Part shown: piece after piece, positions 1-13,230 of the stretch
Numbering within the stretch: the stretch's first letter is position 1
Layout: each line of letters starts with the position of its first letter
NCBI RefSeq assembly: GCF_018977255.1
Contig: NW_024704743.1
Location: forward strand, 86,864,001 to 86,928,000
Direction: 5' to 3'
Source: Callorhinchus milii
Lineage: Eukaryota
Length of the DNA: 64,000 nucleotides
Translations under genes and position numbers: made by a program
Notes under the pieces: generated by a model
What the model was told of the DNA's origin: nothing
What the model saw: only the letters and a program-made list of their open reading frames with translations
Database searches by the model: none

Positions 1-271
1 TACTGTGACTATGTATTTGTATTTAACATGAGTAGTGTCCCATAAACAGCCTTTGCCCACAAAATACACAGTCAATCCACTTCACAGTACATTTAAAGTT
101 GGCCTTGGGGCCATTGTTGAACCAGACATTGAGACAAAGTCCAGCAAGTTCACCCACAGCCTCTCATCGATTGAGACATTGACAGTGAAATTGAGATGAC
201 CTGATTCACCAGTGATGATTTTCACACTACATATTGCATATTTCAAATTGCATGAATATTTTTTAAAAGTG

Positions 272-447
272 TAATGATAATAATAATCCTTGCATTTGAT
301 ATAGTGCCTTATCACATAATAGAAGCAATCCAAAGTGCTTCGCAGGATTTACTACAAACTGTGGTTACTGTGGATTTGCAAGCAAACACAACAGTTAATT
401 CATGCACAATAACTTTACACAATCAGCCGTGAAATGAATGACCAATT
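272..447 (-). mobile_element. Old SINE 3' fragment
   Basis: taataatccttgcatttgatatagtgcc tail signature. Confidence 0.75.
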
Positions 448-794
448 GTAGTTGTATTTCATTGTACTGAAATGTCTCAATATTGCAACCCAGTAATTTT
501 GATTAGCTCTGTTTAAGTTGACATCACAATGTTTGAAAGCCTTAGGAATGATCAGTCATCACACTAAACTACTTTCCCTTCTCTGCTTTTGATAATGTTT
601 CATCTGCGGACACATTTTCCCTCCCTCACTTCTTTTTTCTCTTCTTTTCCTTCCATTAAAATCCATTTGCTGTTTCCGGGGCCCATCAGCTAATTGATCC
701 ACATGTTTCTGAATGCTATTTATCTTCCTCATATTATTTGTCTGACCCTATAGCTTGGGTGTGATCAGAATATCTTATAAGATTACTGGCTCCC

Positions 795-1400
795 TTATCA
801 AATGTCAAATGACCAACTAATGACTATCCTCTTTGAGGGGGATGTAAGCGGGGTCTCCTTGCAGTTGAACTGGCTCCAAGATGACATATTTGGCAATGGA
901 ATGTCATAATCGAATCAGCCCTCTGTGAAGGTCTCATTGATCCTGTTGCTGAGCCAGGCGGGTCTGCAGTACTCCAGTAGAGCCAGGCTGGTTCATTGGC
1001 AGGACTTGGAAGGACAAACAAGTCACTGCGGGCAGGGAATCCTCTCACTCTGCTCCTGTTAGCCGCGCAAGCCAAAGAGAACAGTGGTCCTATCTGAACA
1101 AGCAGCGGGAAAGCTTGCTAGATTGTGCTCTCAATAGCAAGCAGTGTGGTTTTAGCCAGTTAGACTCCAGCAGTACCCCTACACAAACTCTGGGGTCCCC
1201 AAACCATGGCTCTTTCTAACCTGCACCTAATACTTTCTCAAATTAGGTAAGCAGGATGCGTCCCTCTAGGGAGTGCACTCTCCCTAGAGGGACGCACTCG
1301 AGAGAGTGCACATTTCATTCCATAAATTTCTTTGGAATTTCCATGTGTAGGTGAGATGCATGGAATTCTGTTTGGTTTGTATATTCTTAAGCATGGTGTT
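795..1400 (+). repeat. Unclassified interspersed repeat ('family X'), longest copy
   Basis: Aligns by eye with 30590-30990, 43607-43800 and 46938-47115 (all +) and 47310-47515 (-). Confidence 0.8.
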
Positions 1401-2224
1401 GATCAAAAAAAAATTCAATGAAGCTTTCTACCTCAAGTCATTTGTGAATAGTGTGAAGAGTAAGCAGGATCTAATCTTGTCACTTTGAGCCCTTGGTAAC
1501 ACATGCATCCTGTCACTGTGAGTTTATGAAAATAACTCACAATGACCCTTGGATATAAAGGAGCTCAAAATGACCCTGCTACCTCTAGAGTACTCATCAT
1601 CATTGCCTTTCACAGGAATACCTGTAAAGGGGGAGAATCTGCCATGGACAAAGCTTATATGGAAAACAAAGACCAACATAGGCTGATCTGAAAAGAGCGT
1701 TACTCTACTGGGAAATACACATTTTTATTAGCAATTTTATTTTGAAAGAATGTGACTTGGCTACAGCCAATTGTCCATTTTCTTTTTTTAAAAAAAGCTT
1801 TCCTTATGCCTCAAAATCGTTCAGCAAATCAGATAAAAAGAAAATGCTGGAAATCTGAAATAAACAAACTGCTAGGCCCAGTAACGAAGAACTGTTACAC
1901 CCGGAATCTTAACATTGTTTTCAGGCGCTGATGTGAATTTTTCAGAGCAGAGGGCTGGCAGGCTGGTACATCTAAGACAGATCACTAGGAGGTGCCCAAC
2001 AACAGGCTCAGGGTGATTCTTTCCTGAGTACCCCCCAGTAGGCGATAACCTGGAGCTCCTGTCAGCAGCTCCTCATAAGGACATGGATGAGATCAGGAAC
2101 TCACCAATGGTAGATGCAAACTTCCATTTAATATCTGGAGCACTTTAATGAGTTGTTGTGATTTGCTGATGTAGTAAACTAGTTTAATAAAGTGCAATGC
2201 ATAGTAATGTGTAGTTCACGTACC

Positions 2225-2696
2225 AATACACAGTCACTACACTTCACTGTAAAATCATGTGAACTGCTTTGAGATGTTTTGATTAGGTGCTATATCTAAT
2301 GTAAGGATCATTATTGTAGTAAACCTAAGTTAAATAATCATTGCATTTAAGAGACCACCTTTCCAATCAGGAAGATATCTCAAAGTGCTTCACAGGGTTT
2401 ACTGTGAAATGTACTGTCTATATTTTGTAGGCGACCGTACTAGCCAATTTGTGCACATGAAGTAAATGACCATTTTTTTTCTGGGGAACTGTAATAATAA
2501 CAACACAGGAACTTTAACATCCAGCTTAACAAATAGATGGTATCCCAGTTTATCTTCTGATCTGAAGGATTGCACCTCTTAGCATCTCTGACAATGCAGA
2601 GTTCCCTCAGCCTAGATTGAGTCAAAGCCCCAATATTGAGCATGAACTAACAATCTTCTGACTCCAAAGCAACACCAATTCAGCCATACTGACACC
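2225..2696. mobile_element. Two old SINE fragments, tail-to-tail
   Basis: Plus-strand tail ~2225-2318, then a degraded minus-strand copy ~2335-2696. Confidence 0.7.
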
Positions 2697-4932
2697 TAAA
2701 CTAGTTACAGCAACCCATGCAAGGGTGATTGTAATGCGTTAAAAACAAGCTCTATTCTGCACCATACTGACTGAAGAGCAAATTGTGGATCAAAGTTAAC
2801 TGGCTAACACATTTTACTGAGCTTTATTTTTGCTCTACTAGCAAAATACTAATTTCCTTTGAAGCTCTGTAAAAGCTTAATAACACCTCCAGTGGATAAA
2901 GGATGAGAATTCATGCGTGTCCGGAAATGGATGGCTTGTGTACGCCTTGGCATCAGCTCCTCTACATGTACACATGAGGTAAAAACTGACAGTTCACTTA
3001 TGCCTGGTTTATATGCGTGCAATTCATGTATGTCTCAGCAGGAGCTCCAGTACATGCATACACAAGGTAAAAGATAACAGTTCATTCATGCCTTCCACTG
3101 AATATGGATGTAGTGTCTTGTCTTTAGTGTTCACTCCCACATATGTATGCTGTAAACAGAACAAACATCACTGTCCTCGCTGTTTTGGGCGCCTACCTTT
3201 TCGAGCTTGCAGCATACATGCATTCGGGTGATGGAAGGGCTGTTATTCAATTGTCTAATGTCTCAGATAGGTACAAATGAATAACAACCCCTCCGTCACG
3301 AGAGATACAGGAGCTGTATAGATGATGTACATCCCCTGTGCAAACAACACTTGTCTCCTGTACAAATGGGTCCAGTTCTTGTACAACACCAATATGATAT
3401 TTGAACCAATGTCTTCTCAGACAAAACGTGTCCTGTACTTCTGGCAACATATAAAGGGCAATGAGGTCTTGTCAGTTGTGTGTTTCGGAGGACTGACATT
3501 CCACATTTCTAAGATGTATTGGTGGACAATTTTTACAATGTGTCTAAAGCTCCACATTTTTTTTCTGTTGCCCACAATTGCATCCAACTTTCTCACCAGA
3601 AAAGATCTGGCTGATAAAGGGAGGGCTGTGGGAATCAGCTCAGTTTAATAAATATTTTATCCCTGTAGTTAAAGCTCTAAAACACACAGGACAAAAATGC
3701 CACAGACTTGGCGGGAGCACTCTGATGATGTGATTGAAGAGGGCTTTTTGATAAGATCATCATCTGCTGCAAGACTCAGGGGTTTGCTCCACCTCTCTGA
3801 GGACGCTCAGCAGCCCCTGATGAATGTCCCATTGTGAGCAGATGCAGCTCAGATAACACAAAGCCACTCTGCCCCATGTCTGTTTATTTTGCACCGTACA
3901 TTTAAAAAAAAAGCAAAGCATGTCACTCTCTCACCCTTGTTCTCTCTCGCTCTGTCTCTTACACCCCCTCCCAACAAAAAATCACACTGACTCCCGAATC
4001 CATTGTCAAAACAGTTTTAAGGAGCAAGTTAGTTTCATTAGGCTTAAAGCAAGGGGACATGATATGGAATTTCACAGCTAAGAAAGAAATGTCACCCTGT
4101 TTTGATAAGGGAGCGATGAACTTTTTTTTCCTGATGCCATTATCAAACATAGTGAACAAAATGCATCATTTATAACCTGAAGGAGCACTATTATCTACTG
4201 GCTAGACACTTGTTTTTAAACACAGAGGGACCTTTTTTCTCTGAGACTAAAGCTCACTGTGAAGCTCAATCTTCCTTTTTATTTCTGAAAGAAAGTTGAC
4301 ACTCTTGTGGGTAGAGTTTCCAGGCAACCACACAAAGTGTGTATTTTTTTATTTTAAAAAAGGCATTTATTCAGGCCGCCTGTCATCTTTGGGTTTTAAA
4401 TATTTAGCAAGAAAAAAGCAGATCCGTTAGCTCCAGATATTTCTTAACTGTGGAATACCACAACATAGTTATGTAAATAAAGCAGATTATTGCACCACTA
4501 TATCACCAGCCTTGAATTACAGCTTTCTCTCCGGCTATTTCAAACTTCCAGCTACTGTTGTGGCACTGTGCTCCACAATCAACATTTATAGAGGTAGGAG
4601 GAGGAATTATACCCCCTTCCCTCTCTCTGCCTCTCTCAGTCGCTCTCTCTTTCCCTTACAGTAGTTTGTGTGTGTGAGAAACCTTGGTCTCCTAGCACCG
4701 GTGGGATTTTGGCATTCAGTCAAAGGGAAGGGAAACCAAAGACAGCAAAGAACTGAAGTGTGGTAGGAAGAAGTGGTAATGGTTGTTGGGAATTTGACTG
4801 GGAATTTTTAAAATAATATTCTGCACTGTAAGCATTTCCTTTCTCTGCTTTCCGCTTAGATACTCGTACCTTTAGGTCAATTCTAACATTTGCAAAGTAA
4901 AAATACTCATTATCCTTATTATTATTATTATC

Positions 4933-5435
4933 CCATGACTGTTTGTGAGATATTGCTGTGCGCATTTGTCTGCTGCGTTTCGTTCACAAAATACACAGCC
5001 ACTACACTTTACAGTATATGCAGCGAATTGCACACAGCAGTGTCCCACAAACAGTCGCTGATAGATTGATCAAATTATTATTATTATTGTTTTATTATTT
5101 ATGTTTGGAAGGATTATTACCCACGGAAAAGCGATCGGCCAATCAACCAACAACCGGGTTCCTACTTACTCCTTGTAAACAAGAGGCGTGTGGAGTAAGG
5201 AAACTTGCCCAACGTTTCACGCTGCCGGGAATCAAACCCAGGTCTCTCGCTTGCGAGGCGAATGCTCTCTACAGGACTCCACGTAGCATTTTGGAATGGA
5301 ATGGGCATGCAATTCGGATGCGATTCACCTTCAAAATACAGTCTCGACACTTTACAGTAATATCCTGTGAAATGCTTCAAGACATCCTCCGATGTAAAAG
5401 GCGCTATAGCAAATATAAGGATCATTATTATTATT
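4933..5435. mobile_element. Compound of SINE fragments in +/-/+ orientation
   Basis: Plus-strand body fragment ~4933-5018, minus-strand long-form 5' part ~5020-5282, plus-strand tail ~5326-5435. Confidence 0.85.
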
Positions 5436-6491
5436 TGAATGAAGATTTGATTTATACGGCAGTAGAATAAAAAAAGTCTTTGGGACTTTTGCATGTGTAC
5501 CTTTTAACGCCATCTCTACTATGGAATTGTCAAAAATAATTGTCTTTATTTAAATGGTGTACTTTAAGCATTTATATTCTGCTCCAAATCTCGCAAAACT
5601 TACTGTAAGAAGATGACAGTTTTTTTATTCTGACTGTTCTGGAATGTATTAGAGATTCCTACTTTGGCTCCTTACTTTTCAGCACCATTTGAACTTGTAT
5701 CAGAACATGTCTACACAAATATTTCACTCCCAGCCTGACCACTGCAAATTGGCTGCCTAAACACAGCAACACAGCTGGACAGATGTTGGCATCTCTCAAT
5801 ATTTTACTCGGGCTTGCATTTCACTGAACAGCAGGAACCACACAGATCATGGCACAAGTACCACTTAGTGATGGCATATTGAAAATAAAACTTAAAGTTA
5901 AATAGAAGTGTTAACATTTCAATAAAACTATATTGGTCCTTCATTCATGGAAGGTGAATCAAAAGTGTTTTTGTTTAAAAAATCTGTCAGCAGCAAAGCT
6001 TTACTCATGTCTAGACATGTCACTGTACAGATAATAGTTTTCAAGGGGTTGTGTATTTTTCGGGCATTCACCCCAGTGTTCTTTTTCCCTCTATCCCACG
6101 CATTCCTTTCTCTCTTTATAATTGACACATGCCATAGCAACTGATCTATTCTACAGTAACTTCCATAGAAACTGCAAGGAGGCTGAGGTGAAGCAAAATA
6201 TAAATCAGGCATTTACAGCACAAGCGTAATGTCATCATGGGCATTGCTGCAATGTCACCACTCAGAGAGAAAGGAAAACAAAAACTTGTGCATTCCAGTT
6301 CACTGAATTGTCAGACTGCTGAGACACGGCTCTGGGAGATTTACTTCCTAAAGTTCGCCCCTAACCGGCAGTAGTCAAAATGTTATTGTTATTCTGTCAG
6401 TGAGCTGGAGTTAATACTGAGCCATGCTCATGAACTGTGAAATAAACGGCTTGCACTTAAAACCGATTCAGAATTATATTGAGAATTGGGT

Positions 6492-6780
6492 CGTTAGACA
6501 GGTCCCATCTGCCTGTACAGGTAAATGTTAAAGATCCCTTGGCACTATTCAAAAAGAGAAGTGAGTTTCTCCCGATGTGCTGGCCAATAATTCCTCAAAT
6601 AAAAATGGTCACTTATTTCACAGCCGCTTGTGGGACATTGTTGTATGCAAATTGGCTGCCACATTCGCCCATGTTTTAAAACACATACAGCCACTGGACT
6701 TCACAGACTATTTTGTGGGACATCCTGACGTGAAAGGTGCTATACCAAATATAAGTATAGTATTATTATTATATATTATT
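6492..6780 (+). mobile_element. Older Deu-domain SINE, 5'-truncated
   Basis: Deu motif through to the (ATT) tail. Confidence 0.8.
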
Positions 6781-7904
6781 ATGTATACTGCAACTTTATG
6801 AGCTTTACTTAAAAGAACTAGGATTGTCATCACAGTGCCTTGCATCAGGATTCACTGACAGCGACTCAGAATTGCTGATGGAGGATCCTGCAGGTAACTG
6901 TCAGTGCCTTGCTCAACTCGAGTTCCAAAATACCGGAAATACATCATAGGGTTCCCACGCACCAGCTGTGCCAAAATGCCAATGTCTGTCTGCATCCCCT
7001 GTTAGCAACACAGAATCACCACTAATGAAACTCTACTAATGTTTTTTCACCCCACCTTTCTATACATAAAGTCGGCATCAGTTACGACTACAGAAATCAA
7101 AGTGTGCGAAAGTTGCTGAGGTGCATCAGGGTTATCTTTTAGGCAAATATTTGGACAGCTTAGCAGCAATTGTTGGGTAGTCCTCTGGAGACACTTCTAA
7201 TGAGATAGGAAGTACCACAGAAAGCCAGGTACCACACACATAGATCTGTTTGGATTTAAAACTAACACCAAATATAAATGTTACAGAATCTACTGCATGT
7301 AACTCTGTAAACCCACAATCTAATACTAAATTTAAATGACTGCAATCCTAGAAGGTTATTTGAATCAAACCTCTCTGCACTGTACATGTTTGTGCTGGTG
7401 GAAGGGTTAACCTCAGGGCACTTTGAATCATCTATTTATAGCATAGTCAAGTGAAGACAAATAGTTTAGAAGGCATGTGTTAGTGATGACTCTAAGCGCT
7501 TGTTATAATTACAGCTGTTGATGGCTCCTGTACAGTTCACTGTAATAATTAGAAGGCTTGCAATACTAATGTGATAATTAGGAGGTACAATAAAAATACA
7601 ATCAAACACCACTCTGTGAAAAAATAAGGCTCAGCTATTCCAGACAAAAGTCATTTAAAATCAAAGAACCTGAATTCATTGTGCAACAGAGAATGCCTCA
7701 AAATTCGGTACGTTTTATAGGGTGTTCTCATACAGATATAACAATTCTTTCCCTCCCTCCCCACCAATCGCCGCTTTCTGTGAACTGATTACTAGTAAGG
7801 ATTCACTAGGTGAGTCTCAAATTAACAGTTGTGAGTCATAGCAGGAAACTGACTGCTATTGTCAGATTCTTGTCATTTTACTGACTGCACTGAGATACAT
7901 TGAT

Positions 7905-8200
7905 CGGATATTAAGACTAGGTGCTGTCTGCCTGTTCAGGTGGATGTTAAGGATCCTATGGCGATATTTGAAAATTGAAGGAAGTTTCTTGCTGTGCCCT
8001 GGCCACTAATCTCTTCCGAACCCCCATAAAAATTGGTCATTTATTTCATGGCTGTTCGAAGGATATTGCTTTGCGCAAATTGGCCGCCATGTTCTCCTAC
8101 ATGTCCTCAGTCACTGCACTTTCCAATAAATCCTGTGAGCGCTTTGAGACGTTTCGACAACTTGATCCGGCGCTTTTCAAATGCAAGTATTATTATTATA
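7905..8200 (+). mobile_element. Older Deu-domain SINE, 5'-truncated
   Basis: Deu motif through to the (ATT) tail. Confidence 0.8.
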
Positions 8201-8552
8201 ATATATGGAAGCCGAACTAGCTTCAGGTACTTTGCTGCCCACATATCAACGATATGATGTGTAACAGCAGGCAAGTTAATTTGTGTGTCTGCATTTAATG
8301 TGAAAGGAAACTATAAAATATTACTTAATTTCTGGTTAATAATTAAAGAGAATCTCTAAGTGTGTATCCATCTTGTTGGACTGATTTTCATTCACTAACC
8401 AACAAATGCTGCTTCCCTTCTATCACCAGCCTGTTTTGAAATCAAAATCCTGAGTAACTATTGAGTTATTCTTCCCTGCACCTCAAGAATGTGAAACTCC
8501 TCACCTCCCTCAGTCTTCCCACTCTGAAACAATCTATAGACATGTTTTTAAA

Positions 8553-8690
8553 AAAGGTAAAATCCTGCAGATGCTGGAAATCTGAAATAAAAACAAGTCG
8601 CTGGGAACACTCAGCAGGTCAGGCAACATCTAGGAGAAAGGAAAGTGTGTTACCGTTGCAGATTGTTAACCTTTCGTCAGAGTTCTGAGA
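8553..8690 (-). mobile_element. Penelope-like terminal repeat relic with a degenerate hammerhead motif
   Basis: Minus strand reads ctgacga-a-aggt-taaca-atct-gcaacggta, then gatgttgcctgacctgctgagtgttcccagc...atttcagatttccagcatctgcag. Related pieces at ~1835-1915, ~15758-15870 and ~60844-60875. Confidence 0.62.
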
Positions 8691-9992
8691 TGACCGAAAC
8701 CGTGGTCAATGAGGTTGGTTTCGAAATGGACCTTGAACTTTGGATCTTCACCCTCAGCTGTGTATTGCACTGGACTCACAGTTCATCACCCGGATCCTCA
8801 GCTAAATTAAAAAACCCCGAAACACATGTGAAAAAAAAGTAAAAATCGGAAAATATATGAAGATAGAATTTTTTTTGAAAGTGCACAATTCCAGCAGGCT
8901 GATAATGGCAATTATCTGGGCAGGTACTTTTAGAATCAGAGCAAGTTTTACAGAACAGAAGGAGGCTGTTTAGCCCATTGTGTTTTTTGCTATTGCTGGC
9001 TCCCCCACTGGAGCAATCTGTTCTAATCTCATGCCCCTGCACTTTCCCTGTAATATTAATATTACTTTCCTTCCTCAAATATTTATTTTATTGCATTTTA
9101 AATGCTTTTCTGGATTTTATTTTATTCAGTGTGAGGAAGAGAAGAGCAAGAAATGAACGAATGAGGGTGAGAAGCAGTATTGTGTGTTGGGGAAGGGATA
9201 AAATGCCAGTTTGACTTTACTCAGGAAGATCAATTACCAAAGAAATCACTTTAATTACTTGCAAAATACTTACTTTTATCGTACAGCAGGGGATTGCTCA
9301 TAGGGACGGCAAAAAAGATCCATTCTGAGCTTAGCCATCGACAGAGATTTATTTTACACTTAGGAGACCAAAGAATTACACACAGGCTTCAGTAACATGC
9401 TTCTGCATTGATTTTGATTCTAATGAATACTGTTGAAAAATTGCAAAAAAAATTGTACTCTTTTAATATTAAAATAATTTAGGTCAAGACAAAATGTACA
9501 AAAATAACTTGCCACAGTGAGGCGAGCAACCCAGACATCTTATGAGGAGCCGTCAGCTGTTTATTAGCCAAAGCTTGTTTGGAGATCAGAACCTTTAAAG
9601 TGCTTAGAAAAGAATAACATCACTCCGATTTGCTTCCTATTGCTATTAACGAAAGGCCATGTTTTAAAATGATTTTTTTTTATGGTTTGACACCTGCAGA
9701 AATCCATCACCATGCTTCAGAGTATATGTATGACACCTACACATAAAAAAATTCTCTGTGCTAAAATTATGTTAAATCACCTGAGAAATTCCATGCCACT
9801 GAATGGACAGGAAATCTACACTCTGCAGTGTGAACACAGTAGTACTGCAGTCTGATTACAGGCAACTTCTAGATTGTATTACAATTTTCACCAAGTAAAC
9901 CGCATACGCTTTCCAATCAAAGTAGAATGGGGAACATGTTGTCAACTTCCTGATAAAACGGAAACACTAACTGCTGCCTAAAGTCTAATGAC

Positions 9993-10385
9993 GTCACAGT
10001 CTGGTTCAATTGGTAGGGCTTTCGTCTGTGCCAGAAGGTTGTGAGTTCAAGCTCCACATCGGGATTTTGAACTCACAGTCTAGGCCAACACTCCAATACA
10101 GTGCTGCATCATTAGAAGTGACATCAAACTGAGGTCCCGTCTGCCTGTTCAGGTGAATGTTAAAGATCCCGTGGTACTGTTTGAACAGAGAAGAGAATTC
10201 CGCCTGTGTCCAGGCCATATTCCCCCAGATACAATTGGTCATTCATGTCATCGCTGTTTGTGAGACATTGCTTTGTGCTTTCACTTAAAAAGTATACAGT
10301 CTCTACACTATACAATAAAATCCTATGAAGCTCTTTGAGTCTCCTCCCAATGAGAAAGGTAATATATCAAAAGCTAGGATTTTTA
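9993..10385 (+). mobile_element. Older Deu-domain SINE
   Basis: Head cagaaggttgtgagttcaag; body gaggtcccgtctgcctgttcaggtgaatgttaaagatccc; degraded tail. Confidence 0.8.
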
Positions 10386-12832
10386 CTGCAATTTGTGAAA
10401 ACAATGTACAGAATCACTTTAATGGGCAAAACATCCCTAATACTTAAACCATATACATCAATATGGCTCCAACATTATACATTTCTGTGACCTTGTAAAG
10501 ATCTTCAGCTGTAATCCAAATTCTTTTTTGTAAGAAGCTCACTAATAAAAACAAATCTATCTTTAGTTTAGCAGCTTTTAATTGCAACTGGATTAGCGGG
10601 ATAATGCTTTGTGAGATTTTTTTGTTTATTAAAAGCTGCTATTTCACTAACTGGCAGCCGGCTTCACAGACGTTACAATTGAGAATGGTGCCAGGGTGTT
10701 CCAGCATCTGCATATCCGGGGACTTTTAAAGAGGCAAATAGCAAATGTACAGTGAAATCAACTTCCTTTGCCCATCTGCCGGTTACAGAATGGTCTTTGA
10801 AACTAGAGGGTTAACAGACATAACATAAAAATGTCGGAAAACACATTGTAAAATATTTTGGGGGGTGAGAGGGGAATGAATAGATATAAAACCGTGTGAC
10901 AACTAACGCACATTTGATATCAGATTATATAAGATAAAGATCTTTGCAAATAGTTTATGATGACTTCCTAACTTCACCGACCTCATTTTGTACGCTCTTC
11001 CTAGCTATTCTTTATATTAAACAGTCCTGGAATGTTGCCTGACAAATCTTTAGTCCTGTAAATAAATCCCCAACACCAAACAATGCAGAATCTCGCTGCT
11101 GGGATTTTTTTAAACATTATTGTTGATATATCTGTCACCGACGTACACAATAACATTAATAAGAGTACATATGCTTGGAGAATCTTCAACAAAAAGTTGG
11201 GGCACCTGAATGAGGATGGCCAGCGGGATTCAGCATGACTTCCCCATCAGAACATGCTTCAGATGTCACATTCACACAAACAGAGCGCTTACACTGGAGC
11301 AAGATTTTTTTTCCCAAGCACAAAAAAAAAGTCAAAACCCCCACATAACAATAACAGAGAAAAATCAGAACATTTTCAGCAGAAAGATGGGCCGTTTCAA
11401 AAATCCTTGTGCCCTATCAGACAAATTAAAGCAAATCAACCATGAAATGAAGCAGAAGAGCCCTGAGATAACAGTCCTCTAAGTCGTTTACAGATTAGGA
11501 TATGGAGGTGCATCTGGTCTTTGACTGCGGAGGCGGCCAGCTACACTGCTCACAATGCAGCCTATGCTTGCGATTTACCTTCACTTCCATCACTGAAGTT
11601 AAAGCCACATTTGCAAAAATGCTGTTCGCTGACAACATTCATACAGTATTAAACTGTAAGATGCTTCTTACCATCTGTTTGCTAATAAAAGCCCATTTTT
11701 TTGCATAATTAATCCAATTCTGTTAAGTGCTTTTCCAAAATCTTTACATATTTTAATATAGGCGCAGCAGATACCTATACAGTGGGTGCAACTGGGAGGC
11801 ATACATTACCCGACATGAATGCAATTAATATTTTATACCAAGTGTTTAAAAAGCAACTTGTTCTGAATAATTAAAGCATATTACCATTAATTTATGTACG
11901 CACAGAACTGCTTTTTAAAGGTTGCTGGCACTTTGTTTTATTAACTTCTTTTTTATTTTAAAACATCTACACTATTAAAATGCTCCAAAATTCATAAACC
12001 ATTTTGAAAGGAAAAGTTATTTTTTTTGTAAGGAGAAACCAGTTTTCTTATTATTATGAAGTGGCAGTTTAATATATTTTACCTGTTATTCCCAGAATAT
12101 TAATGACCTGTTAACTTTGGTAACAATCTTTAAATGGTTATCTATGTGTAAAATCTTTCTGAACGTATTTTCAAATGGCCCAAATGGTTCTCCTTGTGCC
12201 TGTCTACTTACGGTTCCACTCTCATCCAGTTGAAACTGTCCGTTGTGCTTGTAGCAGACAGCATTGATCTATATCATCACAACTAAAATAAAAGCTGTTG
12301 TGGAATCTCACAGCTACCTCAAGAATAACAAAGCTTTGCACTTTCATCTGCCCGAAAATAAAAGCAATGCCGGGAAAGTGCAGTTTGCACCAAAAGCTGT
12401 TACAGTGTTTGATTGAGCAATATTATTTTTTAACCACATTGTAACTCAATCTATATATCTTTTTCAAAAATTTTAAATGTCATTAAAAATGTTAAAATAA
12501 TGTTATTATTTTATTTTTGCAGCAAACATTCTTCGTGTGATTCCGATGTTCACTTAAGAAATGGAAAGTTGAGGTTTTAATCTGTGTTAAAAGCATGCTG
12601 CAGTGCACTTGGTAAGTCAGTCTAGCTCTCTCTGTTTGTAACCAGTCACCAACTTAGGAGCACTGCTATGATTTTCTATTGATTTTTTCGGTGTTTGATT
12701 GGGGAGAAAAACTTCAGACCTTTTTGAATCTTTGTTGCCTCTGTAGTTGTGCGATGGAATTTTTTTTCCCCCAGCACACATCCTAATGTTTAATCTTAAA
12801 TTAATTTTGAATTTGGGAGGAAAAAAATACGA

Positions 12833-12854
12833 GTGTGTGTGTGTGTGTGTGTGT
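12833..12854 (+). repeat. (GT)n microsatellite
   Basis: Perfect GT run. Confidence 0.9.
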
Positions 12855-12919
12855 CTGGCACCACGTACTGATCTTTAGTGTAACCTCTGCGAAAATAAAA
12901 TAAAATGGTTTACTGCATG

Positions 12920-13230
12920 ATAGCCCAATCCCATCAATAGGAATGAAGCAGCTCCATCAAATTACAAATGAATTCATCCCTCCATTCGGAATCAGGGAGT
13001 TTTAGATGAGTTTTATTCAAACTGCAACAAAAAGGGAAAAAAAAACATTTAAATTCATCTCACAATCCGGAATTTACTTAACGACTGGCTGCGCCTTGTG
13101 ATAAACCAAAATGATGATCCAGCAACATGTCTTTATCCAAGGTTTGGTTAATTAAAGCCTGCTTGTTTGTTGAAAAGATGATTAATATGCCAATGAAAAT
13201 TGCATAATTGAATACGAAAAACTTGCAGAA
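12920..13230. promoter_or_regulatory. Candidate conserved non-coding enhancer
   Basis: Repeat-free, with TGATAA, TTAATTAA, TGTTTGTT, TGATTAAT and ATTGCATAAT motifs. Conservation not tested. Confidence 0.4.

Noticed and set aside
82..270. Possible coding relic at the window start
   Set aside because: No recognisable family. The ORF start lies in a SINE tail.
1185..1210. ZFPM2 exon 4 (WGP motif)
   Set aside because: Surrounding residues do not match, and the sequence is part of repeat family X.
4958..5470. 170-aa ORF and recurring 'RYIKCKDYYYY' peptides
   Set aside because: These are translations of non-coding SINE sequence. Recurrence reflects repeat copies.
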